A stretch of 64,000 nt of DNA from Vulcanimicrobiales bacterium (GCA_038215615.1 JBBQQR010000002.1:64001-128000); one strand, 5' to 3'. Shown: positions 49,574-60,022, counted from the stretch's first letter. A program made the numbers and translations. The notes: generated from the letters alone by a model not told the origin.

Positions 49574-51030
49574 TCGAACCGGGCGTGCTGCTGGAACTGC
49601 TGCTCGAAGGATTGCCGGACAGCCGCATCACCGGCGGCGGGTCCGTGATGGTTTCGTCGCTCTCTTTCGATTCGCGATCGGTTCGGCCCGGCGCGTTGTT
49701 TTTTGCGATTGCCGGCGAACATACCGACGGCCACCGCTACGTAGGTGAAGCCATCGCGCGCGGCGCCTGTGCCGTGATCATGGAGCGCGATGTCGATCTT
49801 CCGCCGAATATTGCCGGCGTGATCGTCCCGGATTCGGCAGCGGCGCTTTCAAAGATCGCCGACACGTTCTATCGATCGCCGTCGCGCAATCTCGCAATCG
49901 CCGGAATCACCGGAACCAACGGGAAGACGACCGTCACGCACATGATCGCCGCTATCGCTAACGCGGCCGGTATTTCCGCGGGGATTGTCGGTACGCTCGG
50001 AACGAAATTTGACGACATAGATCGCCCACTCGACCACACGACGCCGCTCGCGTCGGAGTTACAAGCGCTGCTCGCGCAGATGCGCGACAAAGCCGTGAAA
50101 ATTGTGGCGATGGAAGTCAGTTCGCACGCGCTCGCGCTCGAGCGCGTTTCCGACGTACATTTTGCCGTGGCGGGGCTGACGAACGTCACGCGCGATCATC
50201 TGGATTTTCACGAAACGCCCGAAGCCTACGCCGCTGCTAAGCGCCGGCTCTTCGATTTTGCGGAGCGCGCCGTTCTCAATGCCGACGATCCGTACGGAGC
50301 TCGGTGGGCCGCCGAGCTGCGCGACGTAAAACCCGTTGTTGCTTTTGGCGTGGAGTGTCCGGCTGACGTCCGCGCGGAAAAAATTCGCGTACACGCGAGC
50401 GGTTCGAACTTCGAGGTAGACGGACGGCAATTCGAGCTCCGACTTACCGGACGGTTCAACGTCAGCAACGCTTTGTGTGCGATCGCTTCCGCGCGAATGC
50501 TTGGAATCGCGGACGATATCTCTGCGCGCGGCTTGGCGTCGGTCGAACACGTGCGCGGTCGCATGGAGCGTATCGATGGCGGCGACGTCGACGTGATCAT
50601 CGATTACGCGCATACGCCCGACGCGTTGGAATCCGCATTGCGCGCGCTGCGCGAAGTAGCGCCCGGCCGTCGCATCGTCGTTTTCGGCTGCGGCGGCGAT
50701 CGGGATCGCGGTAAGCGGCGCGAGATGGGCGCGGTCGTCGCGCAAAATGCGGACTACGCCTACGTAACATCCGACAATCCGCGCACAGAAGATCCGCGCG
50801 CGATTATTGAAGACATACTGCCCGGCATGGCAGGGGCGCCGCACGAAGTCGAACCGGATCGCCGCCGCGCGATCGCGACTGCGATTCGAAACGCGCAACC
50901 CGGCGACACGATTTTGATCGCCGGCAAAGGTCACGAGACATATCAGATCGTCGGCAAGCGAGTCTTACCATTTGATGACGCCGCCGAAGCGCGCCGTGCG
51001 CTGGCGGAACGCGAGCGCGTTCCATCATGA
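49570..51030 (+). CDS. murE: UDP-MurNAc-dipeptide:meso-DAP ligase
   Basis: GITGTNGKTT, MEVSSH, DHLDFH, DYAHTPD, DNPR (meso-DAP-type motif), AGKGHE. Confidence 0.96.
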   Translation: MIEPGVLLELLLEGLPDSRITGGGSVMVSSLSFDSRSVRPGALFFAIAGEHTDGHRYVGEAIARGACAVIMERDVDLPPNIAGVIVPDSAAALSKIADTFYRSPSRNLAIAGITGTNGKTTVTHMIAAIANAAGISAGIVGTLGTKFDDIDRPLDHTTPLASELQALLAQMRDKAVKIVAMEVSSHALALERVSDVHFAVAGLTNVTRDHLDFHETPEAYAAAKRRLFDFAERAVLNADDPYGARWAAELRDVKPVVAFGVECPADVRAEKIRVHASGSNFEVDGRQFELRLTGRFNVSNALCAIASARMLGIADDISARGLASVEHVRGRMERIDGGDVDVIIDYAHTPDALESALRALREVAPGRRIVVFGCGGDRDRGKRREMGAVVAQNADYAYVTSDNPRTEDPRAIIEDILPGMAGAPHEVEPDRRRAIATAIRNAQPGDTILIAGKGHETYQIVGKRVLPFDDAAEARRALAERERVPS

Positions 51031-52397
51031 CGCTTTCGTTCGAACGTGCGGCCGAGGCGACAGGCGCGGAAATGCGCGGTCGCGAGCGCGCTCCCGAAAC
51101 GCTCACGGTTGTCACCGATACGCGGTCGCTGAATCCGGGAGATACGTTCCTGGCACTGCGCGGCGAGCACTTTGACGGCCACGATTTCATCGGCGAGGCG
51201 CTGAAAAAAGGCGCCGCGGCCGTCGTCGTCGATTCTCCCGAGGCTCAAAGCAACGGCGTCGCTGCGCTGATCGTACGCGACACGCGCCGGGCGTACATGG
51301 ATTTGGGTGCGGCGTCGCGCGCGCAGTTTTCCGGACGCGTCGTCGCGGTGACCGGCAGCTGCGGAAAAACGACGACCAAAGATTTTCTGTGCCAGCTGCT
51401 GATCGCGACGCTGGGACCTTCGGCCGTCGCTTCATCGCCGGGGAATGAAAACAATGAAATCGGCGTCAGCAAGCTGTTGCTCTCGCTCACGCCGCAGCAG
51501 CAGATGCTCGTTGTCGAGATGGGCGCGCGGCATACCGGCGAGATTGCCGAACTGGTCGCGATTGCATCGCCGCATATAGGTATATTGACGAACGTAGGCG
51601 ACGCGCATTTGGAGATTTTCGGATCGCGCGAGAAGCTGGCGGCCACGAAATGGGGGCTGTTTTCAGAGGGCGCGCAGGCTGTGCTCAACGCGCGCGATGA
51701 GATCTCTCGTAACCGGTCGAGCTCGCTCGAAGCGCCGCCGCTGTGGTTTGGCGAAGGCGAGCCTTCGCTGCCCGGCGTCTGGGTCCGCGACGAAAGCACG
51801 CTCGTGCTCAACTATGGCGGCGCCTCCCAGACGCTTTCGATCCGCACGCCGTTTCCCGGCGCGCACAATCGCGCGAACCTTGCGGCTGCAATTGCGGGGG
51901 CGCTGTTGCTCGGAATAAACGCCGAGGAAATCGCGAGTAACGTCGCGGGACTCGTCTTGCCGCCAGGGCGGTATGAAAACATCGCGATCCCCGCCGGGCC
52001 GCGGCTCATTTATGATGCGTACAACGCGAACGCGAGCGGCACGATAGCGTCGCTTACGACCTTCTCAGCGGAAAACGCTCGCCGCCGCATTGCGGTGCTT
52101 TCCAGCATGGCGGAGCTCGGTTCCGATGCACCTGCGATCCACGAACGCGTTGGAGCTCACGCGGCGTCGATGAACATCGACGTGCTGCTGGTCGGGGGGG
52201 ATTTTGCCGCATCGCTAGCCGCGGGCGCGGTGCGCGCGGGCTTGTCGCGCGAGCAGATCGTGACGTTCGGCGAAAACGAAGAAGTGGCGAAGTGGCTTCG
52301 CAAACATGCTACCGATGAAGACGTCGTCTTGCTGAAAGGCTCGCGCAAATACCGCATGGAGGAGATCGTGCAGTCGCTTCGGGCAGGTGCGGCGTGA
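51027..52397 (+). CDS. murF: UDP-MurNAc-tripeptide:D-Ala-D-Ala ligase
   Basis: DTR, VTGSCGKTTTK, NNEIG, EMG, DAYNAN, M.ELG, KGSR. Confidence 0.96.
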   Translation: MTLSFERAAEATGAEMRGRERAPETLTVVTDTRSLNPGDTFLALRGEHFDGHDFIGEALKKGAAAVVVDSPEAQSNGVAALIVRDTRRAYMDLGAASRAQFSGRVVAVTGSCGKTTTKDFLCQLLIATLGPSAVASSPGNENNEIGVSKLLLSLTPQQQMLVVEMGARHTGEIAELVAIASPHIGILTNVGDAHLEIFGSREKLAATKWGLFSEGAQAVLNARDEISRNRSSSLEAPPLWFGEGEPSLPGVWVRDESTLVLNYGGASQTLSIRTPFPGAHNRANLAAAIAGALLLGINAEEIASNVAGLVLPPGRYENIAIPAGPRLIYDAYNANASGTIASLTTFSAENARRRIAVLSSMAELGSDAPAIHERVGAHAASMNIDVLLVGGDFAASLAAGAVRAGLSREQIVTFGENEEVAKWLRKHATDEDVVLLKGSRKYRMEEIVQSLRAGAA

Positions 52398-53098
52398 GCG
52401 GAAGCTTGCGCGTCGACCGCCCGCAGATTCCGGCCGGCATGGTTGCGATTCCGGTGCGCACGCGTCTCGTGCAGCCGGGAGAAGATCTCCCCGCGCTTAT
52501 TCAAACCTCGGTTGACGGCATCGCGCAGCCCGGGGACGTGCTGGCGATTTCTGAAACCGCTGTCGCGATCGCGCAGCGTCAGGCGGTGCCCGCGGAGTAC
52601 GTGCGCCCGTCGCGCCTCGCGCTGCTGCTCTCGCGCCACGCCGGCGCCATGGCGACCGTGAGTCAGCCGGAGTCGGTGCAGATCGTGATCGACAACGTCG
52701 GCGCTCCGAAAGTCGCATACGCTGCCGTTATGCAAGTTTTGGGGCGTTTGGCCGGCCGGCGCGGCATGTTCTATGAAATTTTGGGCGAGGCGATTGCGGC
52801 GATCGATGGGTACACCGGGACGATGCCGCCGTTTGATAACATGATCGTCTTTGCGCCGCAAAACCCCGACGCGTTTGCGCAGTCCGTTTTTGAGCGGACC
52901 GGTATTGGATGCGCGGTGGTCGACGCGAACGATCTCAATAGCGCCAAAGTTTTGGGCGCGTCGTCCGGCGTCAATCGCGACAGCGTCGCCGAGGCGCTCC
53001 TTTCAAATCCTCACGGCAACGGAGACGAGCAAACACCGGTCGTTGTTCTGAAGTGGCGCGGCGAGGGCCGCAATCCGCTGGTCGAGGCACGCCCGTGA
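52394..53098 (+). CDS. CofE-like (F420-0:gamma-glutamyl ligase family) amide ligase inside the dcw cluster
   Basis: PVRTRLVQPGEDL, GDVLAISETAVAIAQ, AAIDG, VVDANDL and NPHGNGDEQTPVVVL resemble CofE-fold motifs; GTGA overlaps with both murF and mraY. Confidence 0.72.
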   Translation: MSGSLRVDRPQIPAGMVAIPVRTRLVQPGEDLPALIQTSVDGIAQPGDVLAISETAVAIAQRQAVPAEYVRPSRLALLLSRHAGAMATVSQPESVQIVIDNVGAPKVAYAAVMQVLGRLAGRRGMFYEILGEAIAAIDGYTGTMPPFDNMIVFAPQNPDAFAQSVFERTGIGCAVVDANDLNSAKVLGASSGVNRDSVAEALLSNPHGNGDEQTPVVVLKWRGEGRNPLVEARP

Positions 53099-54078
53099 AT
53101 ACGGTCGATTTCGCCGTGCAGATTCATCCATGGGGACTGGTCGCCGTTGCACTCCTCGGCTTTTTGCTAGCCGTCGTCACCTGCGCCCTACTATTACCGG
53201 TGTTGGGCAAACTGCAACTGCGCCAACGCGCGTACGAAGACGCGCCCGAGTCCCATCAAATAAAGACGGGAACGCCCACGATGGCGGGAGCGTGCTTTGT
53301 GATTGCGCTCGTACCGATGCTGCTCATACCGAGTGCCGCACTCGGCTATTTGTTGGCGCTGGTGGCCGGTTGCGCGCTCATCGGATTGCTCGACGACGTA
53401 TTGGGCGTACGCTTCGGACGAAATCGGGGGCTAAGAGCGCGTACGAAATTCTTGTTCACAGCGCTCGTAGCGGTCATGTTCCTGCGAGCAATCGACGGCG
53501 GGAGTGCCGTCTATCCCCGTGACGTCATTTTAACCATTAGCAGTCACGCGATCCCCGCTCCTCATTGGGTGTGGTTAATCCTGGGTATCGTCGCGATTGC
53601 GGGTACAATGCACGCCGTTAACCTTACCGACGGCCTCGATGGTCTCGCGTCCGGCGCGATGGTTTTTCCGCTGGGCGTGCTCGCAACTCTGGCCGTGATC
53701 ACTTTCACCGCGCTCAGCATTCCGGCGCTCCTCGGCCTAGGAGCGTGCTTGGGTTTTCTTGTTTACAATCGGTACCCGGCGAAGCTCATCATGGGTGACA
53801 CGGGTTCCCTTGCGCTCGGCGCGTTGCTTTCGGGGATTGCGATCCTGAGCGGGCAGATGCTGCTCCTGGTCATCATCGGTGGCGTTTTCGTGGCCGAAGC
53901 GCTGTCGGTAATGACCCAGGTCGTGTACTTCAAACTGACGCACGGCAAGCGCATCTTCAAGATGAGTCCGTTGCACCATCATTTCGAGCTATCCGGATGG
54001 CCGGAAACAAAAGTAACGACGCGGTTTTGGATTGCGTCCGCGATTTTCTCCGCCGTGGGACTGGCGATCGTAAGATGA
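53095..54078 (+). CDS. mraY: Phospho-N-acetylmuramoyl-pentapeptide transferase
   Basis: H..K.GTPTM, IGLLDD, AVNLTDGLDGL, MGDTGS, F.MSPLHHHFE. Confidence 0.97.
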   Translation: MNTVDFAVQIHPWGLVAVALLGFLLAVVTCALLLPVLGKLQLRQRAYEDAPESHQIKTGTPTMAGACFVIALVPMLLIPSAALGYLLALVAGCALIGLLDDVLGVRFGRNRGLRARTKFLFTALVAVMFLRAIDGGSAVYPRDVILTISSHAIPAPHWVWLILGIVAIAGTMHAVNLTDGLDGLASGAMVFPLGVLATLAVITFTALSIPALLGLGACLGFLVYNRYPAKLIMGDTGSLALGALLSGIAILSGQMLLLVIIGGVFVAEALSVMTQVVYFKLTHGKRIFKMSPLHHHFELSGWPETKVTTRFWIASAIFSAVGLAIVR

Positions 54079-55454
54079 ATTTTGCTGCCGGCGAGAAGAT
54101 CTTGGTCATCGGGCTCGGGCGCAGCGGGAAAGCCGTCGCCGAAGTCTTGCGCGGCCGCGGCGCCGATGTATATGCCATCGACGAAAAACCCCGGGCCGAG
54201 CTCGCGGAGACGATTGCCGGTCTTGAAGCAATGGGCGCGCAGTACGTCGCCCCCGAGAACATCGGAGAACTCACCAACGTGAATTGCGCCGTCCTGTCTC
54301 CGGGCGTGCCGCTGAACGGACCGCTGGTCCGCAAGATCCAGAGCGGCAACATTCCGGTCTACAGCGAGATCGAAGTCGCTTACCGTTTGTGCAAGGCGCC
54401 GATTATCGCCGTCACGGGAACCAAAGGAAAATCGACGACAGCCTCGCTTATCGGCCACTTGCTGCGCGCGTCGGGCAAAGATGCGCGCGTCGGCGGCAAC
54501 ATCGGCAATCCGCTCATTCTGGAAGCCGTTGCCGCGTCGCCGGAAAGCTGGGTCGTAGCCGAAGTGTCGTCGTTCCAGCTCGAAACGATTCGCTCGTTCC
54601 ATCCGCGTGTATCGGTGCTTCTGAATATTTCGGCCGACCATCTGGACCGGTATCACTCGATGGACGAATACATCGAAGCGAAATATCGCATCTTCGCAAA
54701 CCAAAACGAACACGACGTCTTTATCGGAAACCTCGACGATCCGGTGCTGGCACTTTTGCACCGGCACTCGGGCGAAGCGCGCGTGCGCGCCAAACAAATG
54801 TGGTTTACGCTCGGAAACGACAGCAAACACGCGACGATGTACTTGCGCGACGGCATGCTAATCTTTTCGCCGGTGACCGGCGATCCGCGGCCGATCGCTA
54901 TTGCGGGCCGCGACGATATTTCATTGGCGGGACTGCACAACGTGCAGAACGTTATGGCCGCGTCGCTGGCCGTGCTGGCTGCCGGCCTCGAACCGCGCGA
55001 ACTTCGCGACGGCATCCGGACCTTCGGTCCCATGTCGCACCGCATGCAGCCCGTCGGTGAAGTTGACGGCGTCCTTTACGTGGACGATTCGAAAGCCACC
55101 AACCCAGGCGCCGTAATCGCGGCTCTGCGCGCGTATGACAAACCCATCGTGCTAATCGCCGGCGGGAAACCCAAGAACACCGACTTTACCGAACTCGGCC
55201 GGGTCGTTGACGAACGCGCCCGCGCGCTCGTGGTGATCGGCGAAGCCGCTGGCGACATTGCGGCGCACGTGTACCGCACGCCGATCGAGCGCGCCGGTTC
55301 CATGGAAGAAGCGGTTCGCACGGCGCAGTCGCTGGCCCAGCCCGGTGACATCGTATTGCTTTCGCCGGCATGCGCCTCGTTCGACATGTTCGAATCGGCC
55401 GAAGATCGCGGACAAAAATTTACCGATGCTGTGTTGGGGACGCCGGCGCGATGA
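54075..55454 (+). CDS. murD: UDP-MurNAc-L-Ala:D-Glu ligase
   Basis: GLGRSG, SPGVP, GTKGKST, GGNIG, EVSSFQL, DDSKATN, LSPACASFD. Confidence 0.97.
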   Translation: MNFAAGEKILVIGLGRSGKAVAEVLRGRGADVYAIDEKPRAELAETIAGLEAMGAQYVAPENIGELTNVNCAVLSPGVPLNGPLVRKIQSGNIPVYSEIEVAYRLCKAPIIAVTGTKGKSTTASLIGHLLRASGKDARVGGNIGNPLILEAVAASPESWVVAEVSSFQLETIRSFHPRVSVLLNISADHLDRYHSMDEYIEAKYRIFANQNEHDVFIGNLDDPVLALLHRHSGEARVRAKQMWFTLGNDSKHATMYLRDGMLIFSPVTGDPRPIAIAGRDDISLAGLHNVQNVMAASLAVLAAGLEPRELRDGIRTFGPMSHRMQPVGEVDGVLYVDDSKATNPGAVIAALRAYDKPIVLIAGGKPKNTDFTELGRVVDERARALVVIGEAAGDIAAHVYRTPIERAGSMEEAVRTAQSLAQPGDIVLLSPACASFDMFESAEDRGQKFTDAVLGTPAR

Positions 55455-56611
55455 AAGCTTCGGTTGCCAAGCGGCAGGCCCATAACCAAGAACTTCCGCG
55501 TTCGTTCGTCGCTTCGCCGCCCGACACGTGGCTGTTCATCGCGGTCACGAGTTTGGTTGCGATTGGGCTGGTCATGATCTTCAGCGCCTCGAGCGCGCAA
55601 GCGTACGCCGATCACCACGACACGGCGTACTACGTGAAGCGGCAAGCACTGTATCTGGTGATCGGGTTGATAGGCGCGTACTTTGCCTACAAGATCGATT
55701 ACCGCAAGCTGCGCGCGTTCGCTCCCTACGCGCTGCTGCTATGCATCGCAGGTCTGCTGACCGTTTTCGTTCCACACGTAGGTCAGACAGTCTCCGGCGC
55801 ACGCCGCTGGATCGGCGCGGGCTCGATTTCTTTGCAGCCTTCCGAGTTTGCCAAACTGGGCCTCGTGATCTATTTAGCGGCGGCGCTCGCGGGCCGCGGC
55901 GAACGTATCACCTCGCTGACGCGGGGGCTCGCGCCGCTCTGCATCCCCGTCTTTTTCACGGCGATGCTGGTGCTCATCGAACCCGACATCGGAACGTCGA
56001 GCCTCTTGGTCTTCACGGCATTTGCCATGTTCTTCGCGGCCGGAGCGCGGTTCGAGCATCTGCTGATGGTTATTGCGGTCACCCTTCCTCCGGCCGCCAT
56101 CGCGATCATGAGCAGTCCGTACAAGCGCGCGCGCATTTTTGCGTTTCTGCATCCTTTCAAAGACGCGCAGAACACCGGCTTTCACATCGTGCAGTCGTTG
56201 CTTGCGCTTGGCAGCGGGGGCGTCTTCGGCGTCGGGCTGGGCGAATCGCGCGCGAAATTTTTCTATCTCCCCGAGCAATACACCGACTTCATCTTCTCCG
56301 TGCTCGGCGAAGAGCTCGGCTTGATCGGAACGGCTACCGTCCTGATTCTCTTCGGAACGCTGGCCTACCGCGCGATTCGCATCGCCATCGCCGCGCCCGA
56401 CCGGTTCGGCTTCTTCCTGGCGACCGGCTGCGCCGCACTCATCGTCATTCAGGCGTTCGTGAACATCGCTGTCGTCACGTCGTCCTGGCCCGTAACCGGC
56501 GTGCCCCTTCCTTTTATATCGTTTGGCGGAAGCTCGCTGATCGTGTCGCTGATCGCCGTCGCGCTGATCATCAACGTCGGGCGGCACCGGCGGCTATCTC
56601 CTCCAGAGTGA
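55451..56611 (+). CDS. ftsW: SEDS peptidoglycan polymerase FtsW
   Basis: GARRWI, QPSEFAK, LPEQYTDFIF..LGEELG, GVPLPFISFGGSS. Confidence 0.95.
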   Translation: MKASVAKRQAHNQELPRSFVASPPDTWLFIAVTSLVAIGLVMIFSASSAQAYADHHDTAYYVKRQALYLVIGLIGAYFAYKIDYRKLRAFAPYALLLCIAGLLTVFVPHVGQTVSGARRWIGAGSISLQPSEFAKLGLVIYLAAALAGRGERITSLTRGLAPLCIPVFFTAMLVLIEPDIGTSSLLVFTAFAMFFAAGARFEHLLMVIAVTLPPAAIAIMSSPYKRARIFAFLHPFKDAQNTGFHIVQSLLALGSGGVFGVGLGESRAKFFYLPEQYTDFIFSVLGEELGLIGTATVLILFGTLAYRAIRIAIAAPDRFGFFLATGCAALIVIQAFVNIAVVTSSWPVTGVPLPFISFGGSSLIVSLIAVALIINVGRHRRLSPPE

Positions 56612-57717
56612 GAGTCGCGTTCGCGGGCGGCGGAACGGGTGGCCACGTCTATCCCGCGATCGCGATTGCCGACGCACTGCGCGATCGGGCCGAAATTCTC
56701 TTTATCGGAAGTCCCGACGGAATTGAAAACACGCTGGTTCCCGCGGCCGGCTACGAACTGGAGACAATCGAAAGCAGTCCACTGCAGCGCAGCGCTTCGT
56801 TGGGTACGCTGCGTACAATCGCCGCAAACGCCGTCGGGATCGCGCAAGGCGTGGGCGTGTTACGGACCTTCGATCCCGACATCGCGATCGCAACGGGTGG
56901 CTACGTTTGCTTTCCGGCGATGGCGGCTGCGCGAATTCTGCGCGGCGTGCGCCCGGGTCCGGCACTTGCTCTGCTCGAACCCAACGCGCATCCGGGACTT
57001 GCGAATCGCTTGCTGGCGCCGATCGTCGACGAAGTTTGGGGCGCATTTCCGCAAGCCGATCGGGCTTTTGCACGCAAGTACGTTTACACGGGCGTTCCGG
57101 TTCGTTCTTCGCTGCTCCATCCCGACAACCGGATAGAAGCGGCGCGCCGCCTCGGGTTGGATCCGTCGCGGCGCACGATTCTGGCGATCGGCGGAAGCCA
57201 GGGCGCGCGCACGATCAACGAAACCGTTGCAGCGCTGGTGACGCGGCGTGCACTGCCGCCTGCCTGGCAGGTGCTGCACATCTGCGGCGAGCGCGACTAC
57301 GAATATATGCAGGCCGCCGAGCGCACGCCCTTCGGCGAGAATCTCGCCGTACTCGTTGCATACTTGCCCGACATGGCTGACGCGTACGCCGTCTGCGATC
57401 TCGCCATCGCCCGCGCGGGTGCCTCCACGCTTGGCGAACTGACCGCCCTCGGGATTCCCGCGGTACTCGTGCCCTATCCGTTTGCAGCCGATGACCACCA
57501 AGCGCGGAACGCGCGGATGCTCGCCGACAGCGGCGTGGCCGTGGTCATCGCGGATGGGGAGCTTAACGCCGATTCGCTCTGGTGGACGCTGCGCGAGCTG
57601 ATGCAGCCCGAACGGCTCGACGAAATGCGTTCCGCCGCGCGTTTGCGCGCCAATCGCGACCCGGTCACGGCAATTCTTGCGCGGGTGGAGGCGCTCGTTA
57701 CCAAGAACGAGAGCTGA
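56608..57717 (+). CDS. murG: Lipid I N-acetylglucosaminyltransferase
   Basis: GGGTGGHVYP, GGYV, GGSQGA, RAGASTL.E, DHQ..NA; GTG start overlaps the ftsW stop. Confidence 0.96.
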   Translation: MRVAFAGGGTGGHVYPAIAIADALRDRAEILFIGSPDGIENTLVPAAGYELETIESSPLQRSASLGTLRTIAANAVGIAQGVGVLRTFDPDIAIATGGYVCFPAMAAARILRGVRPGPALALLEPNAHPGLANRLLAPIVDEVWGAFPQADRAFARKYVYTGVPVRSSLLHPDNRIEAARRLGLDPSRRTILAIGGSQGARTINETVAALVTRRALPPAWQVLHICGERDYEYMQAAERTPFGENLAVLVAYLPDMADAYAVCDLAIARAGASTLGELTALGIPAVLVPYPFAADDHQARNARMLADSGVAVVIADGELNADSLWWTLRELMQPERLDEMRSAARLRANRDPVTAILARVEALVTKNES

Positions 57718-57719
57718 CC

Positions 57720-59078
57720 TTGCGAACTTTGCACTTCGTCGGAATCGGCGGCATCGGCATGAGCGCCATCGCGCGCATCTTGCTCCAACGCGGCGAACGC
57801 GTGACCGGTTCGGACGCCATCGATTCGCCGCTGATTAAAGAATTGAGAGCTGCGGGCGCGACCGTTATCGTCGGGCACGACGCGCGCAACGTCAACGGCG
57901 CAACGACGGTCGTCGTCAGCTCTGCGATCGATCACGAGAATCCGGAGTACCGCTGCGCGCTGGAGCGCGGCATTCCCATCATCGCGCGCGGCGAAATGCT
58001 CGCGCGGATCATGGAGGGCCGTCGCGGCATTGCGATTTGTGGAACGCACGGCAAGACGACGACGACCGCTATGACCGCCGCGGTCTTGCGTGGCGCGAAC
58101 GTCGACGCAAGCCTGGTGCTCGGCGGCATCGACGGCGAGCTCGGCACGAACGCACATGACGGCACCGCACCCTGGTTTCTCACCGAAGCCGACGAGTCCG
58201 ACGGGTCGTTCAGGCTGCTCGATCCGGCCGTCGCGGTTGTGACGAACATCGAGAACGACCACCTCACTTCCGATGCCGAGATTCCGCAGCTCGTCGCTTC
58301 CTTTGAAGAATTTCTGGCAAAAGCGCCGGCCGACGGCGCCGCGATCGTCGGCGTCGACAATCCCCTGACGCGATCCCTGGCACAGAGCGCCCGCCGCGCG
58401 CGCACCATCACCTTTGGAATAGCCGCCGATGCGAGCATGCACGCCTCGAACATTCGTTTCGAACAGGTGCAGTCTACATTCGAGCTTTTCGCCGACGGCG
58501 CCCGATTGGGAACGGTCGAACTGCACGTGCCCGGCGCGATGAACGTCGAGAACGCGCTGGCCGCCGCCGCGGTAGGCTGGGCGCTGGATATTCCCTTCGC
58601 TTCGATGGCCGAATCGCTTAGCGGGTTTCGCGGTGTGCGCCGCCGCTTCGACGTTTTGGCGAAGAGCGCGCGCATGATCGTGGTCGACGACTACGCACAT
58701 CATCCGACTGCGGTGCGTGAAACGATCGCCGCCGCCCGCCGCTACCATCACGGTCCGATCGTCGTCGCGTTTCAGCCGCACCGATACACGCGCACGGCGT
58801 ATTTGGCGAACGCGTTCGCGGAGGCACTTTCGGATGCCGATCGCGTGTACTTGGCTCCCATCTACGGCGCGGGCGAAACGCCGGTGGATGGCGTGACGGA
58901 GCGCCTCATCGGCGAGCCGCTGGCGGCTGCGGGCGTACAAATCTCGTACGTCAATTACGTGCACGACCTGCGTGAAGTATTGCAGCGCGAGGCGCCGGCG
59001 AACGCGCTCGTACTCATGCTCGGGGCCGGAAACATCACCAAGGTTGCGGCCGAACTCGCGCGGGACGTCTCCGCGTGA
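57720..59078 (+). CDS. murC: UDP-MurNAc:L-Ala ligase
   Basis: HFVGIGGIGMS, GTHGKTTT, EADESD, DDYAHHPT, FQPHRYTR; TTG start 57720. Confidence 0.97.
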   Translation: MRTLHFVGIGGIGMSAIARILLQRGERVTGSDAIDSPLIKELRAAGATVIVGHDARNVNGATTVVVSSAIDHENPEYRCALERGIPIIARGEMLARIMEGRRGIAICGTHGKTTTTAMTAAVLRGANVDASLVLGGIDGELGTNAHDGTAPWFLTEADESDGSFRLLDPAVAVVTNIENDHLTSDAEIPQLVASFEEFLAKAPADGAAIVGVDNPLTRSLAQSARRARTITFGIAADASMHASNIRFEQVQSTFELFADGARLGTVELHVPGAMNVENALAAAAVGWALDIPFASMAESLSGFRGVRRRFDVLAKSARMIVVDDYAHHPTAVRETIAAARRYHHGPIVVAFQPHRYTRTAYLANAFAEALSDADRVYLAPIYGAGETPVDGVTERLIGEPLAAAGVQISYVNYVHDLREVLQREAPANALVLMLGAGNITKVAAELARDVSA

Positions 59079-60022
59079 TCGCTGCAGATTCCGAACTGAG
59101 CAGCCTGCTGACCGGCGCCGATCGCCAAAAGCTCTGCGCGATCTGCGGCGACGGCGCGCGTTTCGACGAACCGCTGGCGCCCTACACCTCGTGGAAGATT
59201 GGCGGGCCGGCCGATGCGTGGGTCGTGGCCGAAAATGAAGAACAGCTCGCGGAGATCATGCGGCTGTGCGCGCGCCGGAAGCTGCCGTGGTTCGTCCTCG
59301 GAAGCGGCAGCAATCTACTGATCGGCGACGGAGGCATTCGTGGATTGGTTTTGCGGCTGGCCGGCGACTTCGCCGCGATCGATGTCGACGATAGCGGCAC
59401 GGAAGTGACCGTTCGTGCGGGTGCATCGGCGGCGATGTCGCTGCTGACCGCCAAAGCAGCGTCGGCAGGCGCGGTCGGCATCGGTTCGCTGGCGGGAATA
59501 CCCGGCAGCGTGGGCGGTTCGCTGCGCATGAATGCGGGCACCGATCGCGAGATTGGCGAATTCGTGCGCGAAGTCTGGGTGCAGTCGCCGGCGAAGGCGC
59601 AGGCGCAGCCGGTTTCCGTGCAATATTATTACCGTCACACGTCGCTCGCGCGCGACGCGATCGTTTCGCGCGTGACGCTGGCGTTCGAGCGTGGAGAAGC
59701 GCGAGCTGTGCGCGAGGAGATGCAAGAGCGCCTCGTGCGCCGCAAACGCACGCAGCCGATCGCGTTGCCCAATGCCGGCTCGTGTTTCCGCAATCCCGAG
59801 GGCGACAAAGCGGCGCGTTTGATCGAGGCTGCCGGCGCTAAGGGGTGGCGCGAAGGCGGCGCGGAAGTCTCGGCGCTGCATGCTAACTTCATCACCAACA
59901 CGGGGAATGCGAGCGCGAAAGATGTTGCGACCCTGCTGGCGCGCGTCCGCCGCGCGGTGAGCGAACAGTTCGGCGTGGATTTACAACTCGAAGTGCATCT
60001 GGTCGGCGTCTTTATCGAATGA
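59075..60022 (+). CDS. murB: UDP-N-acetylenolpyruvoylglucosamine reductase
   Basis: IGGPAD, LGSGSNLL, GIPGSVGG..MNAG, AGSCFRNP, HANF, LEV. Confidence 0.95.
   Translation: MIAADSELSSLLTGADRQKLCAICGDGARFDEPLAPYTSWKIGGPADAWVVAENEEQLAEIMRLCARRKLPWFVLGSGSNLLIGDGGIRGLVLRLAGDFAAIDVDDSGTEVTVRAGASAAMSLLTAKAASAGAVGIGSLAGIPGSVGGSLRMNAGTDREIGEFVREVWVQSPAKAQAQPVSVQYYYRHTSLARDAIVSRVTLAFERGEARAVREEMQERLVRRKRTQPIALPNAGSCFRNPEGDKAARLIEAAGAKGWREGGAEVSALHANFITNTGNASAKDVATLLARVRRAVSEQFGVDLQLEVHLVGVFIE

Noticed and set aside
57474..58964. 496-aa minus-strand ORF, and many similar long antisense ORFs (e.g. 6569-7489, 13630-14541, 50059-50934)
   Set aside because: These are antisense shadows of well-conserved genes in high-GC DNA, with no recognisable motifs
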